Shown here one piece after another: positions 36,978 through 46,962 of a DNA stretch of 64,000 nt; the stretch's first letter is position 1, and every line of letters starts with the position of its first letter. The stretch lies in assembly GCA_963678065.2 (NCBI GenBank), contig CAXXVZ010000003.1:2208001-2272000 (forward strand), given 5' to 3'. The position numbers and the translations under genes were made by a program. The notes under the pieces are model-generated. The model did not search any database. It saw nothing but the letters and a program-made list of their open reading frames with translations, and was not told the origin of the DNA. The stretch is from Treponemataceae bacterium (GTDB lineage: Bacteria; Spirochaetota; Spirochaetia; Treponematales; Rectinemataceae).

Positions 36978-39395
36978 ATGTCCAGCATCCTGAAAACGAC
37001 GACATTCGACCCGGCGCGCCTTTCCCTCGAGGAGACTCTCTACCACACGGCCAATGGCTACCTGGGAGTCCGCGCCGCCTTCGAGGAAGGCTACGCCGCC
37101 GGGACCGCCACTGTGCGAGGCAGCTATATCAACGCCTTTTACGACACCCATCCGATTCGCCACCCCGAGAGTCTCTACGGTTTTCCCGAAACGGGCGAAC
37201 GGATCGTCGCCGTCACGGACGCCCAGACGATCGAACTCTACGTCGACGGCGAGAAGATGGTTCTCGAGCCGGGCAGGCTCGAGAGTTTCGAGCGAACGCT
37301 CGATATGGAGGCGGGCATCGCGCGGCGATCCTTCGTATGGAACACGGCCGCGGGCAAGCGTCTCGAGGTCACGGTCTCGAGGCTCTGCTCGCTCGCCCGT
37401 CCTGAGCTCTTTGCCGTGGAATACAGAGTCGCCTCACTGGGCGAGGGCGCCGAAATACGCCTCGCCTGCGTTCTGGACGGCGATGTGTCGAATTATCACG
37501 ACGAGTCCGATCCGCGCCTCTCGGGCAGCGCCTTCAAACCCCTCGAAGTCCTGGCCGTCGAGGCCGTCGTCGGGGACGGCTTCGATGTCGGGCCGGCTGC
37601 GCCACGCATGCAGACTGCTGTCGCGGCAACATCCACGGCGACGATCCGCGGCTCGCTGTACATCGAGTCGCGGACAAAGGTCACCGGATTCCGGCTCGGC
37701 GTCCTCTCGCTCGTCGAGTCCTCCGGGATGGGAACCTGGGCAGCGGAGGCGGGGCCCGCCGAAGCGCGGCTCGAGCTGAGCCGGAGTCTGTCGGCCGGCG
37801 AAGAGCTCGTCGTGCTCCGGAAGAATGTCTACGTGGACTCGGAGCGTCACGGGGAGGTCCGGGCGGCCGCGGGGCGCATCGCAAAAGCTCTCGGGGGCAT
37901 CGGATTCTCCGGGCTCGCCGCGGAGCAGGCGGAAACTTTCCGCGCCTATTGGGAGGCCGCCTCCGTGTCGGTCGAGGGAGACGAGCCAGTCGCCGAGGGG
38001 TTGCGCTTCGGGCTCTTCCAGCTCCTCCAATCCGCCCCGCGGGACGGGCGCTCGAACATCGCGGCCAAGGCACTCTCCGGCGAGGGCTACGAAGGGCACT
38101 ATTTCTGGGACACCGAGATCTACATGGCCCCCTTTTTTACCTACACGAACCCGGCGCTCGCCCGGGCCCTCCTCCTCTATAGGCACTCCATCCTGGACGG
38201 GGCGCGGGCCCATGCGCGGGAGATGGGCCAGACCCGCGGCGCGGCCTTCCCCTGGAGGACAATCGCCGGCAGGGAGTGTTCGGCCTACTACCCCTCGGGC
38301 AGCGCCCAGTACCACATCAACGCGGACATAGCCTACGCTGTCTGGCGCTACTACGAGGCCACAGGCGACCTCGCCTTCATCGCTGAAGAGGGGGCGGAAC
38401 TCCTCTTCGAGACTGCGCGGACCTGGCTCGACATCGGCCACTTCGACGGCTCCGAGTTCAGGATCGAATCTGTCACGGGCCCCGACGAATACACCTGTCT
38501 CGTCGACAACAATTATTACACCAACGCGATGGCCCGCTACGCGCTGGAGCGGGCGGTCGAAGCTCACGCCCTGCTCCGCGACCGCGATCCTCCGGCGCTC
38601 GCCGGCATCGCGCTCAGGATCAGGCTCGCGGAAGACGAGGTCGTTCAGTGGTCGAGGGCTGCAGCAGCCATGTACCTTCCCTACGACGCGGCCCGCGATA
38701 TCAGTCCTCAGGACGATGGATTCCTCCGCAAGGCGATCTGGGATCCGGCGGGCATTCCCGCGGAAGAGCGTCCCCTCCTCCTGCATTTCCACCATCTGGC
38801 TATTTCGCGGAGGCAGATCTGCAAGCAGGCCGACGTCGTGCTCGCCCACTTCCTTCTGCCCGGGATCGCCGCGTCCGGCACCATCAGGAAGAGCTACGAG
38901 TATTACGAGCGCATAACGACCCACGATTCATCTCTGTCCTACGCGGTGTTCAGCGCGATGGCCGCGAGACTAGGCGATGCCGAGAAGGCTTACCGCTACT
39001 TCGCCGAGACCGCGAGGCTCGACCTCGACGATCGCCACGGGAACGCCCGGGACGGCATCCACGCCGCGAATATGGGCGGAGCCTGGCTCGCTATCGTCTT
39101 CGGCTTCGGCGGATTCCAGCCTCTCGGCGACGCGGTCGCGCTCGAACCTGTCCTGCCGGCCCGATGGCGCTCGCTCTCATTCAGGATCGCCTATCGCGGA
39201 AGGTCCATCCGTGTCCGCGCGTCCCGTGAAGGGCAGTCCGGAGGGAGGCTGTCCAAAGAGGGCGAGGGGGGGATCGTCGTCCGGGTCGAGCTCGCCGCCG
39301 GGAATCCGATCGGGATAGAGTCCGGGGGACGCCGGTTTCTCCTCGTCGACCTGCTGGTCTTCATGGCTCAGGATCGCAGCCGGTCAGCTCCATGA
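36978..39395 (+). CDS. Glycoside hydrolase family 65 alpha-glucoside phosphorylase (trehalose/kojibiose/maltose type)
   Basis: ANGYLGVR, KALSGEGYEGHYFWDTE, QYHINAD, GPDEY (catalytic Glu), KQAD, HDSSLS. Confidence 0.95.
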   Translation: MSSILKTTTFDPARLSLEETLYHTANGYLGVRAAFEEGYAAGTATVRGSYINAFYDTHPIRHPESLYGFPETGERIVAVTDAQTIELYVDGEKMVLEPGRLESFERTLDMEAGIARRSFVWNTAAGKRLEVTVSRLCSLARPELFAVEYRVASLGEGAEIRLACVLDGDVSNYHDESDPRLSGSAFKPLEVLAVEAVVGDGFDVGPAAPRMQTAVAATSTATIRGSLYIESRTKVTGFRLGVLSLVESSGMGTWAAEAGPAEARLELSRSLSAGEELVVLRKNVYVDSERHGEVRAAAGRIAKALGGIGFSGLAAEQAETFRAYWEAASVSVEGDEPVAEGLRFGLFQLLQSAPRDGRSNIAAKALSGEGYEGHYFWDTEIYMAPFFTYTNPALARALLLYRHSILDGARAHAREMGQTRGAAFPWRTIAGRECSAYYPSGSAQYHINADIAYAVWRYYEATGDLAFIAEEGAELLFETARTWLDIGHFDGSEFRIESVTGPDEYTCLVDNNYYTNAMARYALERAVEAHALLRDRDPPALAGIALRIRLAEDEVVQWSRAAAAMYLPYDAARDISPQDDGFLRKAIWDPAGIPAEERPLLLHFHHLAISRRQICKQADVVLAHFLLPGIAASGTIRKSYEYYERITTHDSSLSYAVFSAMAARLGDAEKAYRYFAETARLDLDDRHGNARDGIHAANMGGAWLAIVFGFGGFQPLGDAVALEPVLPARWRSLSFRIAYRGRSIRVRASREGQSGGRLSKEGEGGIVVRVELAAGNPIGIESGGRRFLLVDLLVFMAQDRSRSAP

Positions 39396-40013
39396 GGGCG
39401 GATACAGAAGCTCCGGCAGGCCAAGCAGCTTTCCGGGCAGCGGTTTCTTCATGTCGACAAGATCCATGAGGGTAGAAGGCCTTCCGCTTCCCTCGCCGGG
39501 GGCGGGCCAGGGCGGCGGCGGAGCCAGCCAGCGTCCGGAGGCGTCGAGCATGTGGGAACGATCGCTCACGAGTACCGAAAGGTACTCGGAGCCCGAGAGG
39601 AGGCGGAATACCGGCGCGTAGCGCGGAGGCAGGTCAGCGGGGAACGAAAGCCCGAGATATCGGGCGAAAGGACAGGGAAAGGCAAGAGTCGAGTCTGAAT
39701 CGCAGACAAAAAGTCCCTCGGTTGCGTCCGGCGCTGCAGCGGCGTCAGGCTGCACTACCGCAACGACGTGGTAATCCCAGACAACGACGCCTTCCGGACC
39801 GGATTTCTGACAGGCCATCGCGACGCTCCGTCCGGGGTTGGAGATGAAGAGGCCCCAGGCCCGGCCACTCCAGGCATGGCTGTCCACTGCAGTGCCATCC
39901 GAAACATGGTCGCCGGCATCCTGCAGATGAAAAAGCAAGCGGTACACGTTCTCCTCGCAATACATCGCCGCGTAGCCGGCGGCATCGCGGAGAAAAACCA
40001 AGTCTGTGGCCAT
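39384..40013 (-). CDS. Protein N-terminal glutamine amidohydrolase (NTAQ1/WDYHV-like)
   Basis: YCEENVY, FISN, WDYHV, DSDSTLAFPCPF, SDRSHM.D.SG.W..PPPP: all hallmark blocks of NTAQ1 in order, with the Cys-His-Asp triad intact. Confidence 0.88.
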   Translation of the reverse strand: MATDLVFLRDAAGYAAMYCEENVYRLLFHLQDAGDHVSDGTAVDSHAWSGRAWGLFISNPGRSVAMACQKSGPEGVVVWDYHVVAVVQPDAAAAPDATEGLFVCDSDSTLAFPCPFARYLGLSFPADLPPRYAPVFRLLSGSEYLSVLVSDRSHMLDASGRWLAPPPPWPAPGEGSGRPSTLMDLVDMKKPLPGKLLGLPELLYPPSWS

Positions 40014-40248
40014 ACGATACTCATGATATCCGCAACGAGACTTCCCGTGCGAGGGGCCTGTCCTGGTACGATTCTTGACGAAACAACACGGGGCGGCCTG
40101 TCTGCGGTGTGCGGCGGTGTGCCGCGATGTGCACACATAAGCATATGCGCCAGTCCGCGCGGAAGCGGAAGCTGAAGCGGACTGGGTTCCTCGTGAGGTT
40201 TTCTCAGTCATTGACCCGAAGAGGAGCGCGATGCTAGCGTCTTCAGCG

Positions 40249-40818
40249 ATGAACCACACCGCTTCCGGGTCCATGACCATGCCCGTGCTCGCCTGCCTTT
40301 TCGCCGCCCTCATCTCTGTCGGCGCCTACATCGCTGTCCCCGTGCCGGGCAGTCCCGTCCCCGTCGTCCTTCAGAACATGCTCATCCTGATAGCGGGACT
40401 CGTCCTCGGCCCCATCTGGGGATTGGCCGCGACAGCCCTCTACCTCATTCTCGGAGCCGTCGGACTGCCGGTCTTCGCGGGCGGCACTGGAGGAATCGCA
40501 AAGTTCCTGGGGCCGACCGGCGGTTACCTCTTAGGCTACCTCCCGGGCGTCCTCGTCACCGGCCTCGTCTCGCGTTTCGGCGCGATCAAAGTCTGGAAGA
40601 ACGCCCTCGCCGCCTTCCTGGGAATGACTGTCGTCTACATCTTCGGCATCGTCCGCCTCAAATTCGCCATCGACGCGACCTGGACCAAGGCGATCGCCTC
40701 GGGTCTCATTCCCTTCATCGCCGGCGACCTCGCGAAGATTGTCCTCGCGGCGATCGTCTCCGCGCGCCTCGCGGTCAGACTCGAGGCGATGAACCCCGAT
40801 GGCAGACGGCGTGGATGA
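40249..40818 (+). CDS. bioY: Biotin transporter S-component BioY
   Basis: PVPVVLQ, GLPVFAGG, GPTGGYLLG, PFIAGDLAK. Confidence 0.93.
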   Translation: MNHTASGSMTMPVLACLFAALISVGAYIAVPVPGSPVPVVLQNMLILIAGLVLGPIWGLAATALYLILGAVGLPVFAGGTGGIAKFLGPTGGYLLGYLPGVLVTGLVSRFGAIKVWKNALAAFLGMTVVYIFGIVRLKFAIDATWTKAIASGLIPFIAGDLAKIVLAAIVSARLAVRLEAMNPDGRRRG

Positions 40819-41575
40819 GCCAGAGGAGCTGATCAGGGTCGAGGCTCTGACTCATCGCTTCCATGATGGCGTACTCGGCCTGGACAGAGTATCGCTCTCG
40901 GTCCGGCGCAGGGATTTTCTTGTCCTCGCGGGCCGGAACGGTTCAGGCAAGACCCTCCTGATGCGACACCTCATCGGACTCGTCCGGCCAAGCGCTGGCA
41001 GTATCCTGTACCTGGGCACGGAAATCGGGAAGGACTTGCGCAAGGTCAGGACGGGAATCGGACTCGTCTTCCAGGACTCCGAGGCCCAGATCATCGGCCA
41101 GACAGTCCGGGAGGATGTGGCCTTCGGCCCCTCGAACCTCGGCCTCTCCCTGCCGGAAATCGAAGGCCACACGAAAAAAGCTCTGAGCCTCCTCCATCTC
41201 GAAGATAAGGGAGACAGGATCCCCGACGGCCTCTCCGGCGGGGAAAGGCGACGTCTCGCCATAGCCGGCATCATGGCCATGGACCCCGATTGCGTCATCC
41301 TCGACGAACCATTCGCGAACCTCGACCTTCCCTCGATACGGCAAGTGCTTTCCGCGATGACGGAGCTGCACGCGGAAGGCAGAACGGTCATCGTCCTGAC
41401 CCACGAACTGGAGAAGGTGCTGGCCCACGCGACACGCCTCGTCGTGATGGAGGCAGGCTCCATCGTCTACGACGGCGATCCTGAACCGGCGGACCGGAGC
41501 CTGTTTTCCGAAAACGGCCTCGCCGACCCCTACCGCTTCGCGACGCGAAGGGCCGACCTGACCTGGCTCAGATGA
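40799..41575 (+). CDS. ECF transporter ATPase (BioM/CbiO-like)
   Basis: GRNGSGKT, VFQD, DVAFGP, LSGGE, LDEP; start may be GTG 40811. Confidence 0.92.
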   Translation: MADGVDEPEELIRVEALTHRFHDGVLGLDRVSLSVRRRDFLVLAGRNGSGKTLLMRHLIGLVRPSAGSILYLGTEIGKDLRKVRTGIGLVFQDSEAQIIGQTVREDVAFGPSNLGLSLPEIEGHTKKALSLLHLEDKGDRIPDGLSGGERRRLAIAGIMAMDPDCVILDEPFANLDLPSIRQVLSAMTELHAEGRTVIVLTHELEKVLAHATRLVVMEAGSIVYDGDPEPADRSLFSENGLADPYRFATRRADLTWLR

Positions 41576-42330
41576 ACCCGTTCAGCTACAGACCTCCCGC
41601 GGGCTTGACGACGGGCGCAGGCTCCGGCCAGGCGGGCATGCCAGGTACGGGCACAAAACTGATCTGCCTCGTCCTCTGCTCCACCTCCGCGTCGATCTGT
41701 TTTCCGGGCCTCCTCGTTCCGATGGCTCTCGCCATGTTCGCCCTCCTTTTCCGGCTCGGCGAAAAACCGGCAGACATCGCGCGTGGCGCACGATTCCTCA
41801 TCCCGATGGGCATCCTCATCCTCGCCCTCAAGCTCCTCGCGCCTGGGGACGGAAGAATCTTCGCCCCGGAAGAGCTGATTCCCGCCCTCGTCTATCTCGG
41901 GAGACTCTTCGTTGTCTTTCTTCTCGCCCAGGCCTTCTTCAGGTCGACGAGTGTCGCGGACCTCGGCGCGACAGTGACGCGGGTCACGCGCCTCCTCCCA
42001 CTGTGGAGGAAGGGGAAGGCCCCCGATCCAGGGCTCTACATCGGCCTCGCGGCGGGCTTTTTGCCCAAGAGTTTCGACCGCTACGACAAGGTCAGGGAAG
42101 CGGCCGTGGCGCGCGGGTTCGGAGCCAGACGCCCCAAGGCGGGCAGCCTTCTCTGCCTCATGGAAACAGTGATCTTTTCCTCGATCAAATCGGCGGTCGG
42201 CACGGCGGGGGCGCTCGAAGCCCGATGCTACAGTCCCGCGCGGACCCTCCCAGCCGCCAGGCGCGGCCGGGCCGATGCCGGACTCCTCGCCGCAGCGATT
42301 CTTGTCTTCGCCCTTTCCATCCTACTCTGA
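41572..42330 (+). CDS. ECF transporter transmembrane T component (BioN/CbiQ-like)
   Basis: Hydrophobic N-half, two xRx motifs (ARG, ARC); coupled to the ATPase gene. Confidence 0.8.
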   Translation: MNPFSYRPPAGLTTGAGSGQAGMPGTGTKLICLVLCSTSASICFPGLLVPMALAMFALLFRLGEKPADIARGARFLIPMGILILALKLLAPGDGRIFAPEELIPALVYLGRLFVVFLLAQAFFRSTSVADLGATVTRVTRLLPLWRKGKAPDPGLYIGLAAGFLPKSFDRYDKVREAAVARGFGARRPKAGSLLCLMETVIFSSIKSAVGTAGALEARCYSPARTLPAARRGRADAGLLAAAILVFALSILL

Positions 42331-42517
42331 AAACAGGCTTCCGCGGTCCTTCGCGATCCTCCCCGGCAGGCCGGCGCCTATTGACCGCGCCGACGCCACC
42401 GGTATCATGTATCCCGAAGCCCGGGCAGGCCAGGAGCGCGCTGCAAGAGGTCCGCCGGACCTGGCGTGGCCGGCGCCGTCCACCACGCCGACCTGTTCGG
42501 ACATTGAAGGAAACATC

Positions 42518-43003
42518 ATGAGTACAACGGAAAGGGACAGAACTCTGCTCGAACGGGCAGTCGACCTCGCGCGGGAGGCGAGAGAATCGGGAAATCATCC
42601 CTTCGGCGCCCTTCTGGCAGACGCCGAAGGCGCGGTGCTCCTCGAGGCGCACAACAGCTCGGGTTCCACCCGCGACTGCACCGGACACGCGGAGACCAAC
42701 CTCGCCCGGCTCGCGTCGACGAGCTTTCCGCGCGAAAAACTCGCCTCCTGCACGCTGTATTCGAGCGCCGAACCATGCGCCATGTGCGCGGGAGCGATCT
42801 ACTGGGCCGGAATCGGGCGCGTCGTCTACGCCCTGTCCGAAAGCGAACTTCTCGGCATCACGGGCGACAGCCCCGAGAACCCGACTTTGAGCCTGCCCTG
42901 CCGCGAGGTCTTCGCGAGGGGACAGAAAAAGATCGAGGTCGAAGGTCCCGTCGATGGGGTCGCGGGAGCGCGCAAGGTGCACGAGGGTTTCTGGAGATCC
43001 TGA
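42518..43003 (+). CDS. Zinc-dependent nucleoside/nucleobase deaminase (CDA/TadA/GuaD fold)
   Basis: PFGA, HAE, EPCAMC, IYWAGI. Confidence 0.9.
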   Translation: MSTTERDRTLLERAVDLAREARESGNHPFGALLADAEGAVLLEAHNSSGSTRDCTGHAETNLARLASTSFPREKLASCTLYSSAEPCAMCAGAIYWAGIGRVVYALSESELLGITGDSPENPTLSLPCREVFARGQKKIEVEGPVDGVAGARKVHEGFWRS

Positions 43004-43045
43004 AGGCTTCCCATCTGGCCGCAATGAACGAATCCCGGAGAGTCT

Positions 43046-43861
43046 TCAGGGCAGGGCGCAGGTCCAGGCATCGGAGGCGAATTTTTCCACGGCGAGGGCG
43101 CGGGCGGCGGCCATTTCCTCCCCGGAGAGCCGCTCCTCTTCCAGGCCGAAGCGTCTCCCGAAAGACCCTGTCATCGCGCGGATGATCTCCTCGCGGGAGA
43201 GATCCGTCTGAAGACTCAGGGGCCCCACCCTCTTGTTTGCCGAGGCGATTCCCTTGTCGGAAAGCCTCTCTTTGCCCGTCCGCAGCACCGAAAGCATGAG
43301 GGGAATGTTCATGCGGTACGCCATGGTCGTGTGGTGGAGGACGATCCCGCCCCTGCGCGCCTGGGCCGCGCCGGCGATCTTTCCGTAGGCGGAGGTTATG
43401 TCGTTTACCGGCTTGTACCACGCGTCGATCCCGAGCTCGCGGAGCGCGTCTACAGCCCAGGAATCGAAGAATTCGTAAGACTCGATGAAATCGAGGTCCT
43501 TCACGAGGCTCTCGGGCGCGTAGATCGAGTAGGTGATGGCGCCTTCCGGTTCGATGAACATCGTCCCGCCTCCCGTGATCCGCCTCACGATGCCGACGCC
43601 GAGAGAGCGCGCGGCGTCCACCTCGATTTCGTTCCTGATGGACTGGAATCTCCCGAGCACCGCGCAGGTCTCGGTCCAGTCCCAGATCCGGATCGACGGC
43701 CCCCTCGCCCCGGAGGCCAGCGAGGCGACAAGCAGCTCTTCGAGCGCCTGGTTGACCGCGCCCGGAAGGGGTTCGGTGCGGATGAGCTTCCACTGAAGGG
43801 AGGACCAGCGCGGGCCATGTTCGACGGGGCGGACGAGAGGCGGCAGGGCGGACTTGGGCAT
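43046..43861 (-). CDS. Lipoate-protein ligase A family, catalytic domain only
   Basis: VLGRFQS, RRITGGG, NDI...KIAGAAQ, HHTTM; lacks the accessory domain. Confidence 0.88.
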   Translation of the reverse strand: MPKSALPPLVRPVEHGPRWSSLQWKLIRTEPLPGAVNQALEELLVASLASGARGPSIRIWDWTETCAVLGRFQSIRNEIEVDAARSLGVGIVRRITGGGTMFIEPEGAITYSIYAPESLVKDLDFIESYEFFDSWAVDALRELGIDAWYKPVNDITSAYGKIAGAAQARRGGIVLHHTTMAYRMNIPLMLSVLRTGKERLSDKGIASANKRVGPLSLQTDLSREEIIRAMTGSFGRRFGLEEERLSGEEMAAARALAVEKFASDAWTCALP

Positions 43862-43872
43862 GGAAGACTCCT

Positions 43873-45990
43873 TCACTTCGAATCGAGGACCCAGACTCCG
43901 TCCCAGGGTTCCGGCCTTTCGGCCGCGAGCGAAGCGCACTTCCGGAGGTAGGCGGCCGAGACGGGATCGACGGGAGCAAGCTCCGCGAAGATCGAGGCCG
44001 CGGCGCCGAAATCGCCCTTCGCGAAGAGGGAGCGGGCTTCCGTGAAAGCGCCCAGGTCCGGAATATGCACTCCCCGGGCCGGGACGCGCGGCTCGTAGAC
44101 ATCGACGGCTCCGCTCCTGCCGAGGACGGCGATCCGTGCGACGTACCGCATCGAATCAAGCCCGAAGGCTTCGGCGACGGCGCCTGAGACGAGAATGGAA
44201 GTTCCGAACACCTTGTTCGCCCCCTCGAGCCGGGACGCGAGGTTCACTGTATCCCCGAGAACAGTATAGTTGAAACGCATGCGCGAGCCCATGTTCCCCA
44301 CGACAGCCATGCCCGAGTGGACTCCGATGCGCATCCTGAATCCGTGAGATCCGGCGGTCAGCTCCGCGAGACGCGGGCGCAGCGACTTCAGCTTGTCCCC
44401 ACAGCGGAGGGCTGCATTCACCGCCCTGCGGATATGATCCTCCTGTTCCAGGGGGGCGTTCCAGAACGCGATGATCGCGTCGCCCTCGTATTTGTCGATC
44501 GTCCCGCCCTCTTCGAAGATGATCTCGCTCATCGCGGATAGGTATTCATTGAGGACAGCGGCCAGACGCGACGGGTCGAGCTTTTCAGCGAGCGCCGTGA
44601 AGCCTTCCAGATCGGTGAACATGACGGAAATCCCGCGCCTTTCGCCGCCGAGCCTCAGCGTTTCCGGTCTCTCGATGATTCTCTCGATGACGGCCGGGCT
44701 GAGATAGTGGCCGAAAGCGTTTCTCAGGAATGCCCTCTGCCTGCCCACCCTGACATATTCCGCGACAAGTATGGAAGCTATCGAGGCGAATACGGAAAAA
44801 CCGGATTCGACTATCCCGATCCAGTATCCGCCAGAGTAGGCGAGAAAGCCCGCGGCCGGCACCATGAGAAGGCCGGCAATCGCGACCAATGACTGGGAAA
44901 GCCGCGAGCGGGCGCGGGAAAACAGCAGCCCGAGAGCCAGACCGGCGGCCGCGGCGACAAGGTGGTCGAGCCAGGCCGGCAGCCTTTTCAGGAAGGAAGA
45001 ATCGAGGAGGCTCCGCAGGAAAAAGGCGTGGACATCGACGCCGGGGCCAGAGGCGGAAACCGGGGTTGCCTGTCTGTCATAGAGCCCCGGCGCGCTGAAA
45101 CCGAAGAACACGAAGGACCCCTCGAAAACGGCTGGATCGAGCTGGGGTTTGGACCCCGCGCGCAGGCTGATGGCCGAGGCTATCACCTCGGCGGCGTTGT
45201 ACCGCCGGAAGACCTTCTCGCGGAGCCCGAAGCGGGGCACAGCCCCTGTTTTCGCGTCCAACTTGAAGACAGCGCCCGAGCCGTCCCGAGCCCCGACAGT
45301 CACGAGGCCTGTCCCGGCATCGTAGCCGACAGGATTTTTCCCCGCCAGGGCCGCCAGTCCCAGAGAAGGATGCAGGCGATCCGTGCTATCCGCGAATGGC
45401 CGGTAATGCCTGAACACTCCATCCCGGTCCGGTTTCAGGGTCACGGAGCCTACGGGGGCTCCGGTCTGGGCGAGTTCGGGCGCAGGCAGAGCCCCGAGCG
45501 TCTTCTTCTCCGACAGGGGCGACACGCTCCCGCCCGGCGCCTGGTCCGTCGTCACCTCCGGCATTTCCGACAACACCACGTTGTCGGCCTTCCGTATGGC
45601 GGCGGCGAAGGCTCTGTCGTCGTCGACGCCATAGGATGAGGGTCCCGGGAACAGCACATCGAAAGAGGTGGATCGGGCCCGCGAACAGAATTCCGTCACG
45701 AGCCCGTACATCTCCCGGGGCCAGGGCCAGGTGACGTCGAGCTCTTTCTCGGCCCAATCCAGACTGTATTGATCGAGATAGATGAGGGTGATTTTCCCAT
45801 CGCCCCGGACTGAGCCTGAAAAAAACCTCGCGCGGAGGTCGAAGGCCATGTTTTCGAAACGGTCCAGCGCGCCCGCGAGTCCGAGGAGGAGAGCAAAAAG
45901 GATGCCTGGAAGGACGGCGAGCGCCGCACGGTGAGGAGGCAGAGATTTGCCGGAAACCGGTTCCCCGGTTCTTGCCTTTCTGTCCTTCAC
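43873..45990 (-). CDS. CHASE2-domain membrane adenylate cyclase (class III)
   Basis: CHASE2 motifs (WPWPR, FDVLF, DRDGVFR, GVDVHA), 3 TM, FGHYLSP, MFTDLEGFT, DKYEGDA, YTVLGDTVNLASRLE, C-terminal WDGV..LDSK. Confidence 0.92.
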   Translation of the reverse strand: MKDRKARTGEPVSGKSLPPHRAALAVLPGILFALLLGLAGALDRFENMAFDLRARFFSGSVRGDGKITLIYLDQYSLDWAEKELDVTWPWPREMYGLVTEFCSRARSTSFDVLFPGPSSYGVDDDRAFAAAIRKADNVVLSEMPEVTTDQAPGGSVSPLSEKKTLGALPAPELAQTGAPVGSVTLKPDRDGVFRHYRPFADSTDRLHPSLGLAALAGKNPVGYDAGTGLVTVGARDGSGAVFKLDAKTGAVPRFGLREKVFRRYNAAEVIASAISLRAGSKPQLDPAVFEGSFVFFGFSAPGLYDRQATPVSASGPGVDVHAFFLRSLLDSSFLKRLPAWLDHLVAAAAGLALGLLFSRARSRLSQSLVAIAGLLMVPAAGFLAYSGGYWIGIVESGFSVFASIASILVAEYVRVGRQRAFLRNAFGHYLSPAVIERIIERPETLRLGGERRGISVMFTDLEGFTALAEKLDPSRLAAVLNEYLSAMSEIIFEEGGTIDKYEGDAIIAFWNAPLEQEDHIRRAVNAALRCGDKLKSLRPRLAELTAGSHGFRMRIGVHSGMAVVGNMGSRMRFNYTVLGDTVNLASRLEGANKVFGTSILVSGAVAEAFGLDSMRYVARIAVLGRSGAVDVYEPRVPARGVHIPDLGAFTEARSLFAKGDFGAAASIFAELAPVDPVSAAYLRKCASLAAERPEPWDGVWVLDSK

Positions 45991-45999
45991 TCGCTCATC

Positions 46000-46962
46000 T
46001 CACAGGAGGCCGACCATGAGCCTGAACCGCGCGCCGCGCACAGCGTCCCTCCGCGCGGTCTCCGGTGTGGATACGTCCTGCGCGGCGCCCGCCGCGGCGG
46101 TCTTGGCGGGGTACTTCGGTTGCCTGAGGTTGGCAAGACGGAGATCCGGGCTCGGATGTGTCGCCCCGAAACCCCTTTCCCCGGAACGGAGCACCGCCCT
46201 CATGGTCACGAGCAGCGATTCCAGGGCGGCCGGGTTATAGCCCGCGGCGATCAGAATGGATCGGGCCTCGAGATCGGCGTCGAATTCCGTAATCTGCGAG
46301 TAGCCGGATTTCACGAGAGTGGTCGTTATGTCCTGGATCGAATCCCCGAACACTTCCGAAAAGCGCGCGACGTCGGCGCCGCCCATTTTGCCAGCCTCGA
46401 CCGCGAGCTTACCCACCGCCTCGCCGAAACGGGCGCTCCTTATCGAGTTCACGCCGTGCCTGTGCGCGACATGGGCGATTTCGTGGGCGAGGATGGCGGC
46501 GAGCTCGTCCTCGCTGCGCGCGCAGGACAGAAGCCCCCTCGTGACGAGTATGTGCCCGCCCGGAGTCGCGAAGGCGTTTATCTCGAGACTGTCGAGAGCG
46601 AGGAAGCGGTAGCCCTTGTAGATTTCCGGCCTGTCCGAGAACTGCGCGAGCCCTTGGCCGAGCAGGTTCAGATAGCGGTTGACCTCCGGAACGTCGAAGA
46701 CGGAGTACTGTTCCAGGACCTTGGCTCCGACGGACCTGCCGATGTAGTACTCCTGCTCCGGCGTGATATCCTTGGCCACCGACTGCAAGGCGCTGGCGGC
46801 GTTCCCGAGAAAGGAGGCCTGCTGACTTGTCAGCACAGCCTGCCGACCCGCCTCCGTGCCCACCTCGCCTAACACCTTGATCACGCTCTGACAGCCGAAA
46901 AACAGCGCCGAAACCAGAAAGAAAGCCAGCGTCGACGCGAGAAGGATGCGCGGCCGCCTCAT
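46000..46962 (-). CDS. M48 family zinc metalloprotease, lipoprotein
   Basis: Lipobox-like 'FFG-C', INAFATPGG, ELAAILAHEIAH, EFDAD, ATHP. Confidence 0.9.
   Translation of the reverse strand: MRRPRILLASTLAFFLVSALFFGCQSVIKVLGEVGTEAGRQAVLTSQQASFLGNAASALQSVAKDITPEQEYYIGRSVGAKVLEQYSVFDVPEVNRYLNLLGQGLAQFSDRPEIYKGYRFLALDSLEINAFATPGGHILVTRGLLSCARSEDELAAILAHEIAHVAHRHGVNSIRSARFGEAVGKLAVEAGKMGGADVARFSEVFGDSIQDITTTLVKSGYSQITEFDADLEARSILIAAGYNPAALESLLVTMRAVLRSGERGFGATHPSPDLRLANLRQPKYPAKTAAAGAAQDVSTPETARRDAVRGARFRLMVGLL

Noticed and set aside
40160..40182. Short GAAGCG/GAAGCT hexamer iteration, and AATCAGG iterations near 12325-12345
   Set aside because: Only 3-4 imperfect units, no spacers and no cas genes; not a CRISPR array or a meaningful repeat.
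42518..43003. Deaminase as a possible anti-phage or tRNA-editing (TadA) enzyme
   Set aside because: It is a stand-alone small deaminase with no kinase fusion or defence neighbours, and it lacks clear TadA-specific motifs.
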